Shown: positions 35,301 to 44,528, counted from the stretch's first letter. The stretch: 64,000 nt of DNA from Chloroflexia bacterium (GCA_043427975.1 JBHWTK010000026.1:915-64914); one strand, 5' to 3'. Numbers and translations are program-made. Notes: a model not told the origin generated them from the sequence alone.

Positions 35301-37598
35301 ATGGTTGCCTATGGCCCCATGGGATCAATTAGCGGTCCGGAATCGGGTACAGTGGCCCTATGCCTGTATGTCGTGGAGTGCTCACTGGTGAACAATCCGT
35401 CCCGATATGCCCCATATCACCAGCCACTTGTTGGCCGCACGATCGAGCGGGATACCCTGCTTGCCTGGTTGCGGGAAGAAGGTCCTGTAGTGGCCAGCAT
35501 TGTTGGCCCCGGCGGTGTCGGTAAAACGCACCTGGCACATGTGGTGGCGCGCCACCTCGCCACAGAACTCGATGCCGACCTGACGGTGCTGCGGCTGGAT
35601 AACCAGACCCCGGAATCATTGCCGGGATACCTCGCCATGCGGCTGGGTGCTCCGCTGGCCAGCGACGAACCGGATGATATCCCTCAGGAGTTGGTGGAAC
35701 GGCGGCTGGTGCTGCTGGTGGATAACTGTGAAACCGTGCTGCCGGATATCTCGCTGACCGTCTCGCGCCTTGCCATGCTCCCTGGTGTGCGCATCATCGC
35801 CACCAGCCAGGTACCCCTGAACACCTCTACCGAGCGCGTGTTGTGGCTGCAACCACTCGGGGTGGAGTCAGATCTCGAAAGCGACGCCGTGCGCCTGTTT
35901 CTCCATCATGCCCGTATCGCCCGGCCCGATTTTGCGATTGATGAAGAGAACGCCGGGCTGCTGAACGCGATTCTCCATGAGTTGGATGGCTTGCCGCTGG
36001 CGATTGTGCTGGCCGCAGCGCATGTTCGGCACTTGCCGCTTGACGCCCTGCTGGAACAACTGCGCGAGGATATTACCCTGCTTAATGGCGGCCCGGGCGA
36101 TATCCCGGCCCGGCACCGGTCGTTGCGATCCGCTTTCGCCACCAGCCTCAATGGCCTGTCGCACCACCAACACGATCTGCTGCTGATGCTCTCGTGGTAC
36201 CGGTCGGGGTTTGGCGCAGGCGATGTGCAGGAACTGCTGCCGGATACCAGCCGCGCTGCCGCATGGACGTTGCTGGAGCAGTTGGCGGATCGCAGCCTGA
36301 TCCGCCATGTAGCAGGTAACCGGTTTGGCATGCTGCACATTATCCAGGCGATGGCGCACCAACGCGTCATCACCCGCCCGGAACTGGCGGAACACGCGCG
36401 TTCGGTTCATCGCACCATGCTGGCGCGCGTGGCCGCAGAGGCCAAAACGCACATGCACGGCCCGGCAGAGCTGGCCTGGCGGCGCAGGCTTCACGACCTG
36501 CTGCCCGATGTGATGGCTACCTGGGACGATCCTGATCCCGCCATTGCGTTACGCCTGATAGCGGATATGCAGTGGTTCTGGTACACCGGCGCGATGTATG
36601 CCCCGGTATTGCCACGTATGGAAGAGGTGGTTACGCGTGGACAGGGACACGACGCTGCGGCCGGAGCGCACGTCACGCTTGGCTGGATGTGGCACCGGCT
36701 GGGTGAAATAGATACCGCGCAACGGCACTTTGAAGAGGCCATACAGCTTCGTTCGCCCGACGATCCGGTAAGGCAACTCGCAACTGTCGGCCTGGCATAT
36801 TGCCTTACATTCGCCGGCGAGAACATCGAGCGTGGCATCGGGATGTTCGACGACGTCATCGCGGCGGCGTCCCGGCAGGATGGCGTGAGCCATGAACTGG
36901 TAGCGGCGTGGTTCGGCAAGGGCGTGATCCTGGTCTTCCACGGAGATATGGAACTTGCCCAGCCCTGTTTCCTCCGGGCGCTGGAACTTGCTGGCCAGGT
37001 CGACGATTTCCATGCCCTGGGCATGTGCCTGATGCACCTCGCCATGATCAATCTTGCGGAAGGTGATGGTGAATCGGCCCTGTGGAAGCTGCAGGAAGCG
37101 ATCCCACAAATCCTTTCCGGCGGCGACCTCGCCACAGTCGCGCTGGCGCTGGATATCCTGGCCTCGACGCTGGCGGCAATACACCAGCCCGAGCGCGCCG
37201 CGCTGGCACTGGCGCACGGTGAGCGGTTGCGCAATCGCCTGGGCGTGGTGCGCTCGCCGGTAGAGCGGCAGGCGATCGATGAGTTGCGCGCCACCCTGCC
37301 GCCCTTGCCGCAGCTTGCCGCCAATACCGCCACCGGGCAGATTTTGGAGTTGCTGGATACGCGTTCAGGAAAAGAGGCTGAGGCCCCGGCAGCAGCCATG
37401 CTCTCGTCCCGCGAGATGGATGTGCTGCAACTCACGGCCCAGGGATACCGGGGTGCGGAAATCGCCGAACGGCTGTTCATTAGCCCCAATACGGTGAAGC
37501 GGCACATGGCCAATATCCGCAGCAAGCTGGGGGTGAAATCGCAGGCAGCTGCCATCGCCACCATCCGGGAGATGTCTGGCAGTGAAATCCGCAGGTAA
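35301..37598 (+). CDS. STAND-type (AAA/NB-ARC + TPR-like) LuxR-family transcriptional regulator
   Basis: Walker A GPGGVGKTHLA, long helical-repeat middle, C-terminal LuxR HTH LSSREMDVLQLTAQGYRGAEIAERLFISPNTVKRHMANIRSKLG. The maximal ORF starts at 35142; the start is uncertain. Confidence 0.85.
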   Translation: MVAYGPMGSISGPESGTVALCLYVVECSLVNNPSRYAPYHQPLVGRTIERDTLLAWLREEGPVVASIVGPGGVGKTHLAHVVARHLATELDADLTVLRLDNQTPESLPGYLAMRLGAPLASDEPDDIPQELVERRLVLLVDNCETVLPDISLTVSRLAMLPGVRIIATSQVPLNTSTERVLWLQPLGVESDLESDAVRLFLHHARIARPDFAIDEENAGLLNAILHELDGLPLAIVLAAAHVRHLPLDALLEQLREDITLLNGGPGDIPARHRSLRSAFATSLNGLSHHQHDLLLMLSWYRSGFGAGDVQELLPDTSRAAAWTLLEQLADRSLIRHVAGNRFGMLHIIQAMAHQRVITRPELAEHARSVHRTMLARVAAEAKTHMHGPAELAWRRRLHDLLPDVMATWDDPDPAIALRLIADMQWFWYTGAMYAPVLPRMEEVVTRGQGHDAAAGAHVTLGWMWHRLGEIDTAQRHFEEAIQLRSPDDPVRQLATVGLAYCLTFAGENIERGIGMFDDVIAAASRQDGVSHELVAAWFGKGVILVFHGDMELAQPCFLRALELAGQVDDFHALGMCLMHLAMINLAEGDGESALWKLQEAIPQILSGGDLATVALALDILASTLAAIHQPERAALALAHGERLRNRLGVVRSPVERQAIDELRATLPPLPQLAANTATGQILELLDTRSGKEAEAPAAAMLSSREMDVLQLTAQGYRGAEIAERLFISPNTVKRHMANIRSKLGVKSQAAAIATIREMSGSEIRR

Positions 37599-38505
37599 TA
37601 CCCCGTTTGGGGCCGACGAAACGATCCGCGAGCTTATTGCCTGGGGCCGAGACCAGCCCGATATCCGGGCCATGCTGCTCACCAGCACCCGCGCCACCGG
37701 TGCGCCTACGGATACATGGTCCGATTACGACGTGATCCTCATCTGCACCGATGTCACGGTGCGATACGAGGATCGAACGTGGCTGGGCGCCTTTGGCGAG
37801 GTTGTCATCGACTGGTGGGACCCGCTGCAGCCCGATGCTGATACCGGCCTGCCTTCCACCGGCAACGTCGTGTATTACACCGGCACCCGCAAGATCGATT
37901 TCACCCTCTGGCCCACCGGCGTCGCCCCGGTACTGACGGCGGGTCTTACCAATGAACTCGATGCCGGCTATGCCGTACTGCTGGATAAAGACGACCTCAC
38001 CGTCGGCTGGTCCGCCCCAACTGGACAGGCGTATGTTATCGCGTTGCCCGATTGCAAGCGCTACCGCGAGGCCGTGAACGATTTCTTTATCGGCGTGCCG
38101 TATGTGGCAACGGCGATGATCCGCGGCGAGATCCTGCCCGGCAAATGGGTGCTGGATTATGACATGCGCTACGAGTACCTGCTGCCCCTGCTGAAGTGGT
38201 ATGCCGTGGTGTTGCACGGCGATGTGCGCATCGGCGAAACGGGCAAGGGGTTGTCGGCGCTGTTGCCGCGCGCAGTGTGGGATCGGCTGGAGCCTACCTA
38301 CGCTGGCATGGATGTAGCGGCCAACATCGCGGCTATGGACGCGATGATCGTGCTCTTTCGCGGCATCGCGCAGGTGGTGGGTCTGGGAATCGGCTGTGGG
38401 TATCCGCACGACCTCCACGACCGTGTGGTGGGGCACACCAATACACTGCTGGCAGGTGCGGGGTTGCCTCAGCTGTCCAGGAGTGCCAGTTCCTCATCTA
38501 CATAG
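37582..38505 (+). CDS. Aminoglycoside 6-adenylyltransferase (ANT(6)/AadK) family protein
   Basis: IRAMLLTSTRA...SDYDVILI...KIDFTLWP...VLLDKD...FFIGVPYVATAMIRGEILPGKW parallels the AadK layout. 17-nt overlap with the LuxR gene. Confidence 0.78.
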   Translation: MKSAGNTPFGADETIRELIAWGRDQPDIRAMLLTSTRATGAPTDTWSDYDVILICTDVTVRYEDRTWLGAFGEVVIDWWDPLQPDADTGLPSTGNVVYYTGTRKIDFTLWPTGVAPVLTAGLTNELDAGYAVLLDKDDLTVGWSAPTGQAYVIALPDCKRYREAVNDFFIGVPYVATAMIRGEILPGKWVLDYDMRYEYLLPLLKWYAVVLHGDVRIGETGKGLSALLPRAVWDRLEPTYAGMDVAANIAAMDAMIVLFRGIAQVVGLGIGCGYPHDLHDRVVGHTNTLLAGAGLPQLSRSASSSST

Positions 38506-39170
38506 ATGTCCGGCTCGTCGTTCTCCTTGAGCTGGAGCAGGATCTCCCGGGCCGCTTCCGGCCGGCCGGTTCGCCGCAGGATATGGGCAACGCTCCATTG
38601 CGCAATATGGATCTGCTCGGCGGTACCGTGCTCGATAAACCACTCCTCGGCGGCCAGGAACTCTGCCAGTGCTTCTTCGGGCAGGTAGTTTTCCACCAGT
38701 GTCCACGCCCAGTTGTTGCGCAGGCTCCCCTCCCACCGTTGCACGCGGGGATCGGGCGATCCCTGTGCCAGGCGCATGCCCCAGTTGTACCAGTAGCGGG
38801 CGTTGCTCGGGTTCACGATGGCCAGCATGTGCAGGGCATCAACCGTGAGGTAGGGATCGGCATCGAGCTGGACTGCCTCCTGGAAGTAGGGGCGCGCCCG
38901 GAAGGCATCACCAGCGGAGTTGTACAGGCGGCCCCGTTCGAGCGCAATGCGTTGCTGCACGATCGGGTCGTTGTTGGCGATGGTGTTCAGGAGCGCGTGG
39001 CCCTGCTGGAATCGCCCCTGCATGCCGGCGGCACGCGCAATTTGGGTGGTGAGTTCGTCGGCAGCGTGGCCTTCGGCCGCCGCCTCGGCCTCTCGCAACC
39101 GCGGTTCGGCGGCTTCGGCGTCGAAATCGCCCCAGAGTTGATCCAGCAGGTTGCCGTCGAGGTGGGTCAT
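38469..39170 (-). CDS. TPR-like helical repeat protein
   Basis: ATG 39170 (MTHLDGNLLDQLWGDF...). Repeated A/L/Y-rich helical hairpins. Convergent 37-nt overlap with the ANT(6) gene. Confidence 0.6.
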   Translation of the reverse strand: MTHLDGNLLDQLWGDFDAEAAEPRLREAEAAAEGHAADELTTQIARAAGMQGRFQQGHALLNTIANNDPIVQQRIALERGRLYNSAGDAFRARPYFQEAVQLDADPYLTVDALHMLAIVNPSNARYWYNWGMRLAQGSPDPRVQRWEGSLRNNWAWTLVENYLPEEALAEFLAAEEWFIEHGTAEQIHIAQWSVAHILRRTGRPEAAREILLQLKENDEPDIYVDEELALLDS

Positions 39171-39291
39171 GGTTGTTGCCTTTGGGTACCGGCGTGCAAC
39201 CCTGGGCGCGCGCGGTGAATTACTATCAGGACATGATGTACTGCCCGAATGATAGCGAACACCGGAATACCCCCTGTTATGGCGTGCCCGC

Positions 39292-40302
39292 ATGATTAAG
39301 TACCTGGGATCCAAGCGCAAGCTGGTGCCGCATATCCTGGAGCGGATTCAGGGGTTGCCGGTGCAGCGTGTATGCGACCTGTTCACCGGTACCACCCGGG
39401 TGGCCCAGGCTTGCAAGCGGGCCGGAATGTATGTGGTGGCAAACGACCTCGCCAGCTACAGCCATGTGTTTGCGACCGCCTATATCGCGGCGGATGCCAC
39501 CCGGCTGGACATGGACCGGCTGCAGGGCTGGATTAATCACCTGAACGCGCTGCCGCCCGCGCCGGGGTACATCACCCGCACGTTTTGCGAGGATGCGCGC
39601 TATTTCCAACCAAAGAACGGTGCCCGTATCGATGCCATGCGGGCCGGAATCGATGCGTTGCCAGCCTCGGAGCACGAACGCGCGGTGCTGCTGGCCGCGC
39701 TGCTGCTGGCGGCCGACCGGGTGGATTCCACCACGGGGTTGCAGATGGCCTACCTGAAACAGTGGTCGCCGCGATCCCACAACGATATCGAACTGCGCTT
39801 GCCGCACCTGCTGGACGGTCCCGGAGAGGCGCACCAGCAGGATGCCCTGATGTTCGCCCGGGCTGGTGGCACGCGGGATGTGGACCTGACCTACATCGAT
39901 CCGCCCTACAACCAGCACAGCTACGCTGGTAACTACCACGTGTGGGAAACCCTGGTGCGCAACGACGCCCCGGAGGCATACGGAGTCGCGCGCAAGCGCC
40001 TGGATGTGCGCGGTCAGCGCAATCCGTGGAACAGCAAACCGCGGTTCCGCGAGACCCTGGGCAATACACTGGCCGCGATTGAGAGCCGCTACATGCTGGT
40101 GAGTTTCAGTAATGAGGGGTTTCTCTCCAGTACCGACCTGGAAGCGCTGTTACAGGAATTCGGCCGCGTCGAGCGCACGGATATCGATTTCCGGCGCTAC
40201 ATCGGCGCCCAGATCGGCGTGCACAATCCCGCCGGGGAGAAGGTTGGAACGGTGTCGCACACGAAGAACGTGGAGCACCTGTTCCTCGTGGACCGGGGGT
40301 AG
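39292..40302 (+). CDS. N6-adenine DNA methyltransferase (D12/Dam-like class)
   Basis: MIKYLGSKRKL N-terminus, SAM motif DLFTGTTRV, catalytic YIDPPYN. No restriction endonuclease recognisable next to it. Confidence 0.87.
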   Translation: MIKYLGSKRKLVPHILERIQGLPVQRVCDLFTGTTRVAQACKRAGMYVVANDLASYSHVFATAYIAADATRLDMDRLQGWINHLNALPPAPGYITRTFCEDARYFQPKNGARIDAMRAGIDALPASEHERAVLLAALLLAADRVDSTTGLQMAYLKQWSPRSHNDIELRLPHLLDGPGEAHQQDALMFARAGGTRDVDLTYIDPPYNQHSYAGNYHVWETLVRNDAPEAYGVARKRLDVRGQRNPWNSKPRFRETLGNTLAAIESRYMLVSFSNEGFLSSTDLEALLQEFGRVERTDIDFRRYIGAQIGVHNPAGEKVGTVSHTKNVEHLFLVDRG

Positions 40303-40317
40303 GTTTCACAGGGGAAT

Positions 40318-40435
40318 GTAGGCCCGTCCTTCGCACCCTGAGCACAGCGAAGGGAAGAATGGGGCGGGCCCGGCAGGCATGGCCACCCGGTTCGATGGAC
40401 CCGCCCCATGGCCGTTCCGGCCAGGTCGGGTCTAC
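40318..40435. repeat. REPIN-like doublet, copy 1
   Basis: Forward REP GTAGGCCCGTCCTTCGCACCCTGAGCACAGCGAAGGGAAGAATGGGGCGGGC, plus inverted REP GGACCCGCCCCATGGCCGTTCCGGCCAGGTCGGGTCTAC. Confidence 0.85.
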
Positions 40436-40459
40436 ATTTGGGATTATTCCACGCGGGAA

Positions 40460-40582
40460 GTAGGCCCGTCCTTCGCACCCTGAGCGCAGCGAAGGGGAGA
40501 ATGGGGCGGGCCCGGAAGGCCGGGCAATCCCTGTGCCAGCCATGGATCCACCCAATGGCCGTTTCGGCCCGGACGGATCTAC
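40460..40582. repeat. REPIN-like doublet, copy 2
   Basis: The forward REP is nearly identical to copy 1. The inverted partner is degenerate (GGATCCACCCAATGGCCGTTTCGGCCCGGACGGATCTAC). Confidence 0.8.
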
Positions 40583-40607
40583 AGTTGGGCGTTATCCCAC
40601 ACGGCAA

Positions 40608-40659
40608 GGAGACCCGTCCTTCGCACCTTGAGCGCAGCGAAGGGGAGAATGGGGCGGGC
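40608..40659. repeat. Solo REP, degenerate head (GGAG instead of GTAG)
   Basis: GGAGACCCGTCCTTCGCACCTTGAGCGCAGCGAAGGGGAGAATGGGGCGGGC, ending 10 nt before the transposase start region. Confidence 0.75.
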
Positions 40660-40668
40660 ACAGGGAGA

Positions 40669-41208
40669 ATGTTGATGCCATTTCCGGATCGCACGTCCAT
40701 ACGCCCCGGCACCACCCGGCGGGTGCGTCTGAAGGATTTCGATTACTCTACCCCGGGCTACTACTTCATCACTATTTGCACGCATAACCGGCATCACTAC
40801 TTCGGATCAATAGCAGGCGAAGTCCTCAGCCTCACTCCCGCCGGAAACATGGTTGCAGATGCAATTCGCGAATCCGAATCGGTGTTTCCATCAACGGCTG
40901 TCGACTCATTTATCGTTATGCCCAACCACATTCACGTATTGTTTGGCCAATCGGTGCGTTTAGAGGATGAGCCGGGAACCACTGACCTGATTGACGTGGT
41001 GCAATGGCTTAAGAGCACAACCCATCAGCGGTTCCGCAAGGGTGTCTTGAAACACCGATGGACTCCATACGACCGGTTGGTTTGGCAAGAGGGGTATCAC
41101 GATCACATCGTTCGGAATGAACGTGAGTTGGATGCGCTTCGTGCGTATGTGATGAAAAACGTTGCCACATGGGAGAAGGACCGGTTCTACGACGGGATTG
41201 TGGGTTGA
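40669..41208 (+). CDS. REP-associated tyrosine transposase (RAYT; IS200/IS605-like Y1 HUH transposase)
   Basis: HUH motif MPNHIHVLF. Catalytic-Tyr region WQEGYHDHIVRNERELDALRAYV. ATG 40669 or 40675 after GGGAGA. The upstream part of track ORF 40408 is just REP sequence. Confidence 0.87.
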   Translation: MLMPFPDRTSIRPGTTRRVRLKDFDYSTPGYYFITICTHNRHHYFGSIAGEVLSLTPAGNMVADAIRESESVFPSTAVDSFIVMPNHIHVLFGQSVRLEDEPGTTDLIDVVQWLKSTTHQRFRKGVLKHRWTPYDRLVWQEGYHDHIVRNERELDALRAYVMKNVATWEKDRFYDGIVG

Positions 41209-41231
41209 TATAGAGAAATCGCCTGGAACAC

Positions 41232-41334
41232 GTAGGCCCATCCTTCGTATCCTCAGCGTAGTGAAGAGGAGAATGGGGCAGCCGTGGCCAGCCATGGACC
41301 CGCCCCATGGCCGTTCCGGCCAGGACGGGTCTAC
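41232..41334. repeat. REPIN-like doublet, copy 4 (downstream of RAYT)
   Basis: GTAGGCCCATCCTTCGTATCCTCAGCGTAGTGAAGAGGAGAATGGGGCAGCC ... GGACCCGCCCCATGGCCGTTCCGGCCAGGACGGGTCTAC. Confidence 0.8.
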
Positions 41335-41371
41335 AAACGCGGCGTTGGGCCGAGATCCGGGCGGGGCGGGC

Positions 41372-41848
41372 CTATGCCTCCCCGCCATCCCATTGCATCT
41401 GGCGCTCTTCGACCTCTTCGTCGGTGAGGTCCTCATGCGCAAGGACCAGCATGGCGGTGGCCATTTCCTTCTTGCGGAAGAACATGCGGATTTCGCTCCA
41501 CAGGTTCGGGTTGGTGCGGCCCAGTTCCAGCAGGGCATCGCTGAACACCACATCGCCACGGGCACGCTGTTCGGTCATGAACTCGGTGCTTAGCAGCTCC
41601 GCCATGTAGATCGGGCCGATATCGGCAAACTTCTCGCGGTAATACGCGATCAGCTTGCTAATGTGCCCGATATCCACCGGCTGGCCGTCATCCGTACCAA
41701 ACGCGCTGCGCCAATCCACACAGGCCAGCAGCTCATCGATCAACCGAATCTTCTCGCCGTGGCGTACCCGTTCCAGCAAGGCATCGACCTTTGCGCGGTC
41801 GTAGGGCAAATCGTGGGGTGTCTCGGGCAGGCGGGTTCCGTCGGTCAT
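41372..41848 (-). CDS. Hypothetical acidic protein (158 aa)
   Basis: ATG 41848 (MTDGTRLPETPHDLPYDRAKVDALL...). The upstream part of the track ORF has no coding look. No family recognised. Confidence 0.55.
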   Translation of the reverse strand: MTDGTRLPETPHDLPYDRAKVDALLERVRHGEKIRLIDELLACVDWRSAFGTDDGQPVDIGHISKLIAYYREKFADIGPIYMAELLSTEFMTEQRARGDVVFSDALLELGRTNPNLWSEIRMFFRKKEMATAMLVLAHEDLTDEEVEERQMQWDGGEA

Positions 41849-41990
41849 GCATCTATCCTCGTACATACAGGGGAGTATTCGCCCGCGCGGGTATGCAGGC
41901 AGTACCATTATGAAGCGATTGTACAATCGTCGCTGGTCACCACCTGCCCTGTTCACCATCCACCTGCCAGCGCACCTACGGAGATACCTC

Positions 41991-44471
41991 ATGGCCCAGG
42001 GCCGCATCGGTCGCAGCGTCGGTCGATACCCTTCCACCCAATACCGGCGCAACGCGTTCGCCAGCAGCCGCTACGGCAAGCGTGGACGTGGCCTGCCACC
42101 CCACCTGATGCCGGGCGTGCGCAACCACAAGCGCAAATCCAACCCAGTGATGAACCGCCGCACCTTTGTGATCGGGATGTTCACGCTGGGGATTACGCTG
42201 TTGCTCTCGTTCCTGGCGATCACCGTTACATCGGCGGTGACAGGTGCCTGGGCAATTGTGCGCGAGTACCGCAAGGTGAACGCGAGCCTGCCGGCCGCGG
42301 GGCCACTGTTTGTGAACACCTTCCAGACTACGCGCATCTTTGACCGCAAGGGCAAGCTGCTGCAGGAAATCGAGAACCCGGACTACGGCTGGCGCACGTT
42401 CATTTCCATGGACCAGATGTCGCAGGATTTCATCAACGCCACCGTTGCCGCCGAGGATGCCACGTTCTGGACTAACCAGGGCATTGAGCCGGTGGCATTC
42501 CTGCGTGCCGGTATGATCATGGTCACCGGGGCGGGGAGTTCCGGTGCATCCACCATCACCCAGCAGTTGGTGCGCGCCACGTATCCCGACGAGATCAGCG
42601 CGCAGGATATCAGCATCAACCGCAAGTTCCGCGAGGCGCTGGCGGCCGTGGCGATGGCGCAGGAGTATTCCAAGGAAGATATCTTCACGATGTACGTGAA
42701 CCAAATCTTCTATGGCAATCGCAGCTACGGCATTGAAGCGGCAGCGAACAGCTATTTCAACAAGCACGCCAGCGAGCTTACCCTGGCCGAGTCCGCCTTC
42801 CTGGCCGGTATCCCGCAGCAGCCCAGCAATTTCACTCCCACCACAGAAGAGGGCTACAACGCCGCCAAGAACCGGCAGGGGTACGTGCTGGATCAAATGC
42901 GCAAGCTCGGCTATATCACCCGCGAGCAGCGCAAGGCCGCCTGGGAAGAGCCGCTGAACGTAATTCGGGAACCGCGCGTGGGCACCATGAAGGCGGCACC
43001 GCACTTCACCCTGTACATGCACGATTACATCCGCGAGAAGTTCGGTGACGAGGCCATTTACGGCGGCCTGAACTTCTACACCAGTATCGACCTGGACTTG
43101 CAGGCCGAGGCGGAGGCGATTATTCGTCAGGGTGTGGAGCGCGAGCGGCAATACAACCGGAACAACGCCGCAACGGTGATCATGTGTCCCTGGAACGGGG
43201 AGATCCTGGCGATGGTCGGTTCGGCCGATTTCAACGACCAGTCGATTGCTGGCCAGGTGAACTTCACCACCTCGGGCATCCAGCCGGGATCTAGCATGAA
43301 GCCGATCGCCTACGCAGCCGCCTTCGAGCAGGGGTGGCACCCGGGTTACGTGGTGATGGATGTTCCCACCACCTGGGAAGTGCCGGGCCAGGAAGATTAC
43401 AAGCCAAACAACTACAGCAAGCTGTTCTATGGAGCGGTCAATATCCGTCGGGCACTGGCAAGCTCACTAAATATCAGCGCCGTAAAGGCGACGGAATATG
43501 CTGGCGTGGCCGGCGTGATGGATGTCGCCAAGCGCATGGGTATGATCACCAGCCTGGGCGAGGATCCGAGCTGGTACGGTGTGGCGTTAGGCCTGGGGTC
43601 CGGTGAGGTGAAGCTGCTGGAACACACCAATGTGTTTGCCACATTCGCCAACAATGGCCGCTATGTGCCGGTTACCCCCATCCAGCGTGTGGAGGATACG
43701 CAGGGCAACATCCTGTACGAAACCACGCAGGAAAGTACCGACCAGGTGGCCAGCCAGGCGATTGCCCCCGGTATTGCCTACCAGATCACCAGCATCCTGA
43801 GCGATAACGAAGCCCGCGCGCCGATGTTTGGCGACGATAACGCCCTCAGCAACGCCCAGCGCGGCGTCGGCCGGCCGACGGCGGCGAAATCGGGTACCAC
43901 CGAGAACTGGCGCGACCTGTGGACCATGGGCTATACCAGCGCCCTCGCGGTCGGCGTATGGGTCGGCCGATCCGGTGACGGTGGCGGCGAATTGCTGGAA
44001 CGCGACGGTACGCCGGCGGCGGGTCCGATTTTCGGTGACCTGATTCGCATGGTGCACGGAACCCCGGAATTCGCCGAACTGTTGCACGGCCCGGATGGCC
44101 AGCCGCTGCCGGAGGAGTTCCCGGTACCCGACGATGTCTCCCGCCAGCGGGTCGACCGGGTGACGGGGCATCGGCCAGGGTCGGGTAACACCGTTGAGGA
44201 GTGGATTGTGGACGGCCTGGAGCCGCAGCTGGCCTACAACGAGACCAGTGAGTGGGAGCGTGAGCAGCTCGAAAACGCACTGCGCCAGGTGGATCGGGGC
44301 GCGCAATGGAGCGGCGATGCGGAACGGAGCATTCTGCGGTATGCCAACCAGGTTGGCGCGCGCAACGCCCCGATTGATGATGATGAGGATTCCGATTCCG
44401 GTTCGAACGACAGCGGCGGCGGCAACGACAGTGAAGAAGTGCCCATCGAGCCAATCGAACCGAACGATTGA
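41991..44471 (+). CDS. Class A penicillin-binding protein (transglycosylase/transpeptidase, PBP1A-like)
   Basis: GT51 motifs EDATFWTNQGIEP and RKFREA. Transpeptidase SSMK (SxxK), SLN (SxN) and KSGTT (KTG). ATG 41991 has GGAGA 7 nt upstream. Confidence 0.92.
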   Translation: MAQGRIGRSVGRYPSTQYRRNAFASSRYGKRGRGLPPHLMPGVRNHKRKSNPVMNRRTFVIGMFTLGITLLLSFLAITVTSAVTGAWAIVREYRKVNASLPAAGPLFVNTFQTTRIFDRKGKLLQEIENPDYGWRTFISMDQMSQDFINATVAAEDATFWTNQGIEPVAFLRAGMIMVTGAGSSGASTITQQLVRATYPDEISAQDISINRKFREALAAVAMAQEYSKEDIFTMYVNQIFYGNRSYGIEAAANSYFNKHASELTLAESAFLAGIPQQPSNFTPTTEEGYNAAKNRQGYVLDQMRKLGYITREQRKAAWEEPLNVIREPRVGTMKAAPHFTLYMHDYIREKFGDEAIYGGLNFYTSIDLDLQAEAEAIIRQGVERERQYNRNNAATVIMCPWNGEILAMVGSADFNDQSIAGQVNFTTSGIQPGSSMKPIAYAAAFEQGWHPGYVVMDVPTTWEVPGQEDYKPNNYSKLFYGAVNIRRALASSLNISAVKATEYAGVAGVMDVAKRMGMITSLGEDPSWYGVALGLGSGEVKLLEHTNVFATFANNGRYVPVTPIQRVEDTQGNILYETTQESTDQVASQAIAPGIAYQITSILSDNEARAPMFGDDNALSNAQRGVGRPTAAKSGTTENWRDLWTMGYTSALAVGVWVGRSGDGGGELLERDGTPAAGPIFGDLIRMVHGTPEFAELLHGPDGQPLPEEFPVPDDVSRQRVDRVTGHRPGSGNTVEEWIVDGLEPQLAYNETSEWEREQLENALRQVDRGAQWSGDAERSILRYANQVGARNAPIDDDEDSDSGSNDSGGGNDSEEVPIEPIEPND

Positions 44472-44497
44472 TTTGCACATCGCAGAAAACGGCGGAG

Positions 44498-44528
44498 GCC
44501 CGGACTTTATGTCCGGGCATTTGTTTGT
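44498..44528 (+). terminator. Terminator of the PBP gene
   Basis: GCCCGGAC-TTTAT-GTCCGGGC followed by ATTTGTTTGT. Confidence 0.7.

Larger units (their letters stand above)
40318..41334 (+). mobile_element. RAYT locus: REP-associated tyrosine transposase flanked by REPIN-like doublets
   Basis: A Y1 HUH transposase CDS bracketed by 3 upstream and 1 downstream copies of the same GTAG...CTAC composite repeat. Confidence 0.8.

Noticed and set aside
37582-38505. ANT(6) gene as part of a horizontally acquired resistance island.
   Set aside because: There are no flanking IS, integron or transposon ends. Composition and codon usage resemble the neighbouring genes, and the nearest mobile element (the RAYT) is 2 kb away and not of a cargo-carrying type.
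40318-40659. Possible CRISPR array (regularly spaced repeats). The same question arises for 57642-57833.
   Set aside because: The repeat units are 50-120 bp composite palindromic elements with GTAG/CTAC ends. The 'spacers' are themselves repeated or of irregular length, and there are no cas genes or leader. REP/REPIN arrays explain them better.
40408-40668. N-terminal 87-89 aa of track ORF 40408-41208 upstream of the RAYT start.
   Set aside because: This stretch is entirely REP/REPIN sequence read through in frame. A GGGAGA RBS and ATG 40669/40675 give a normal-length Y1 transposase.
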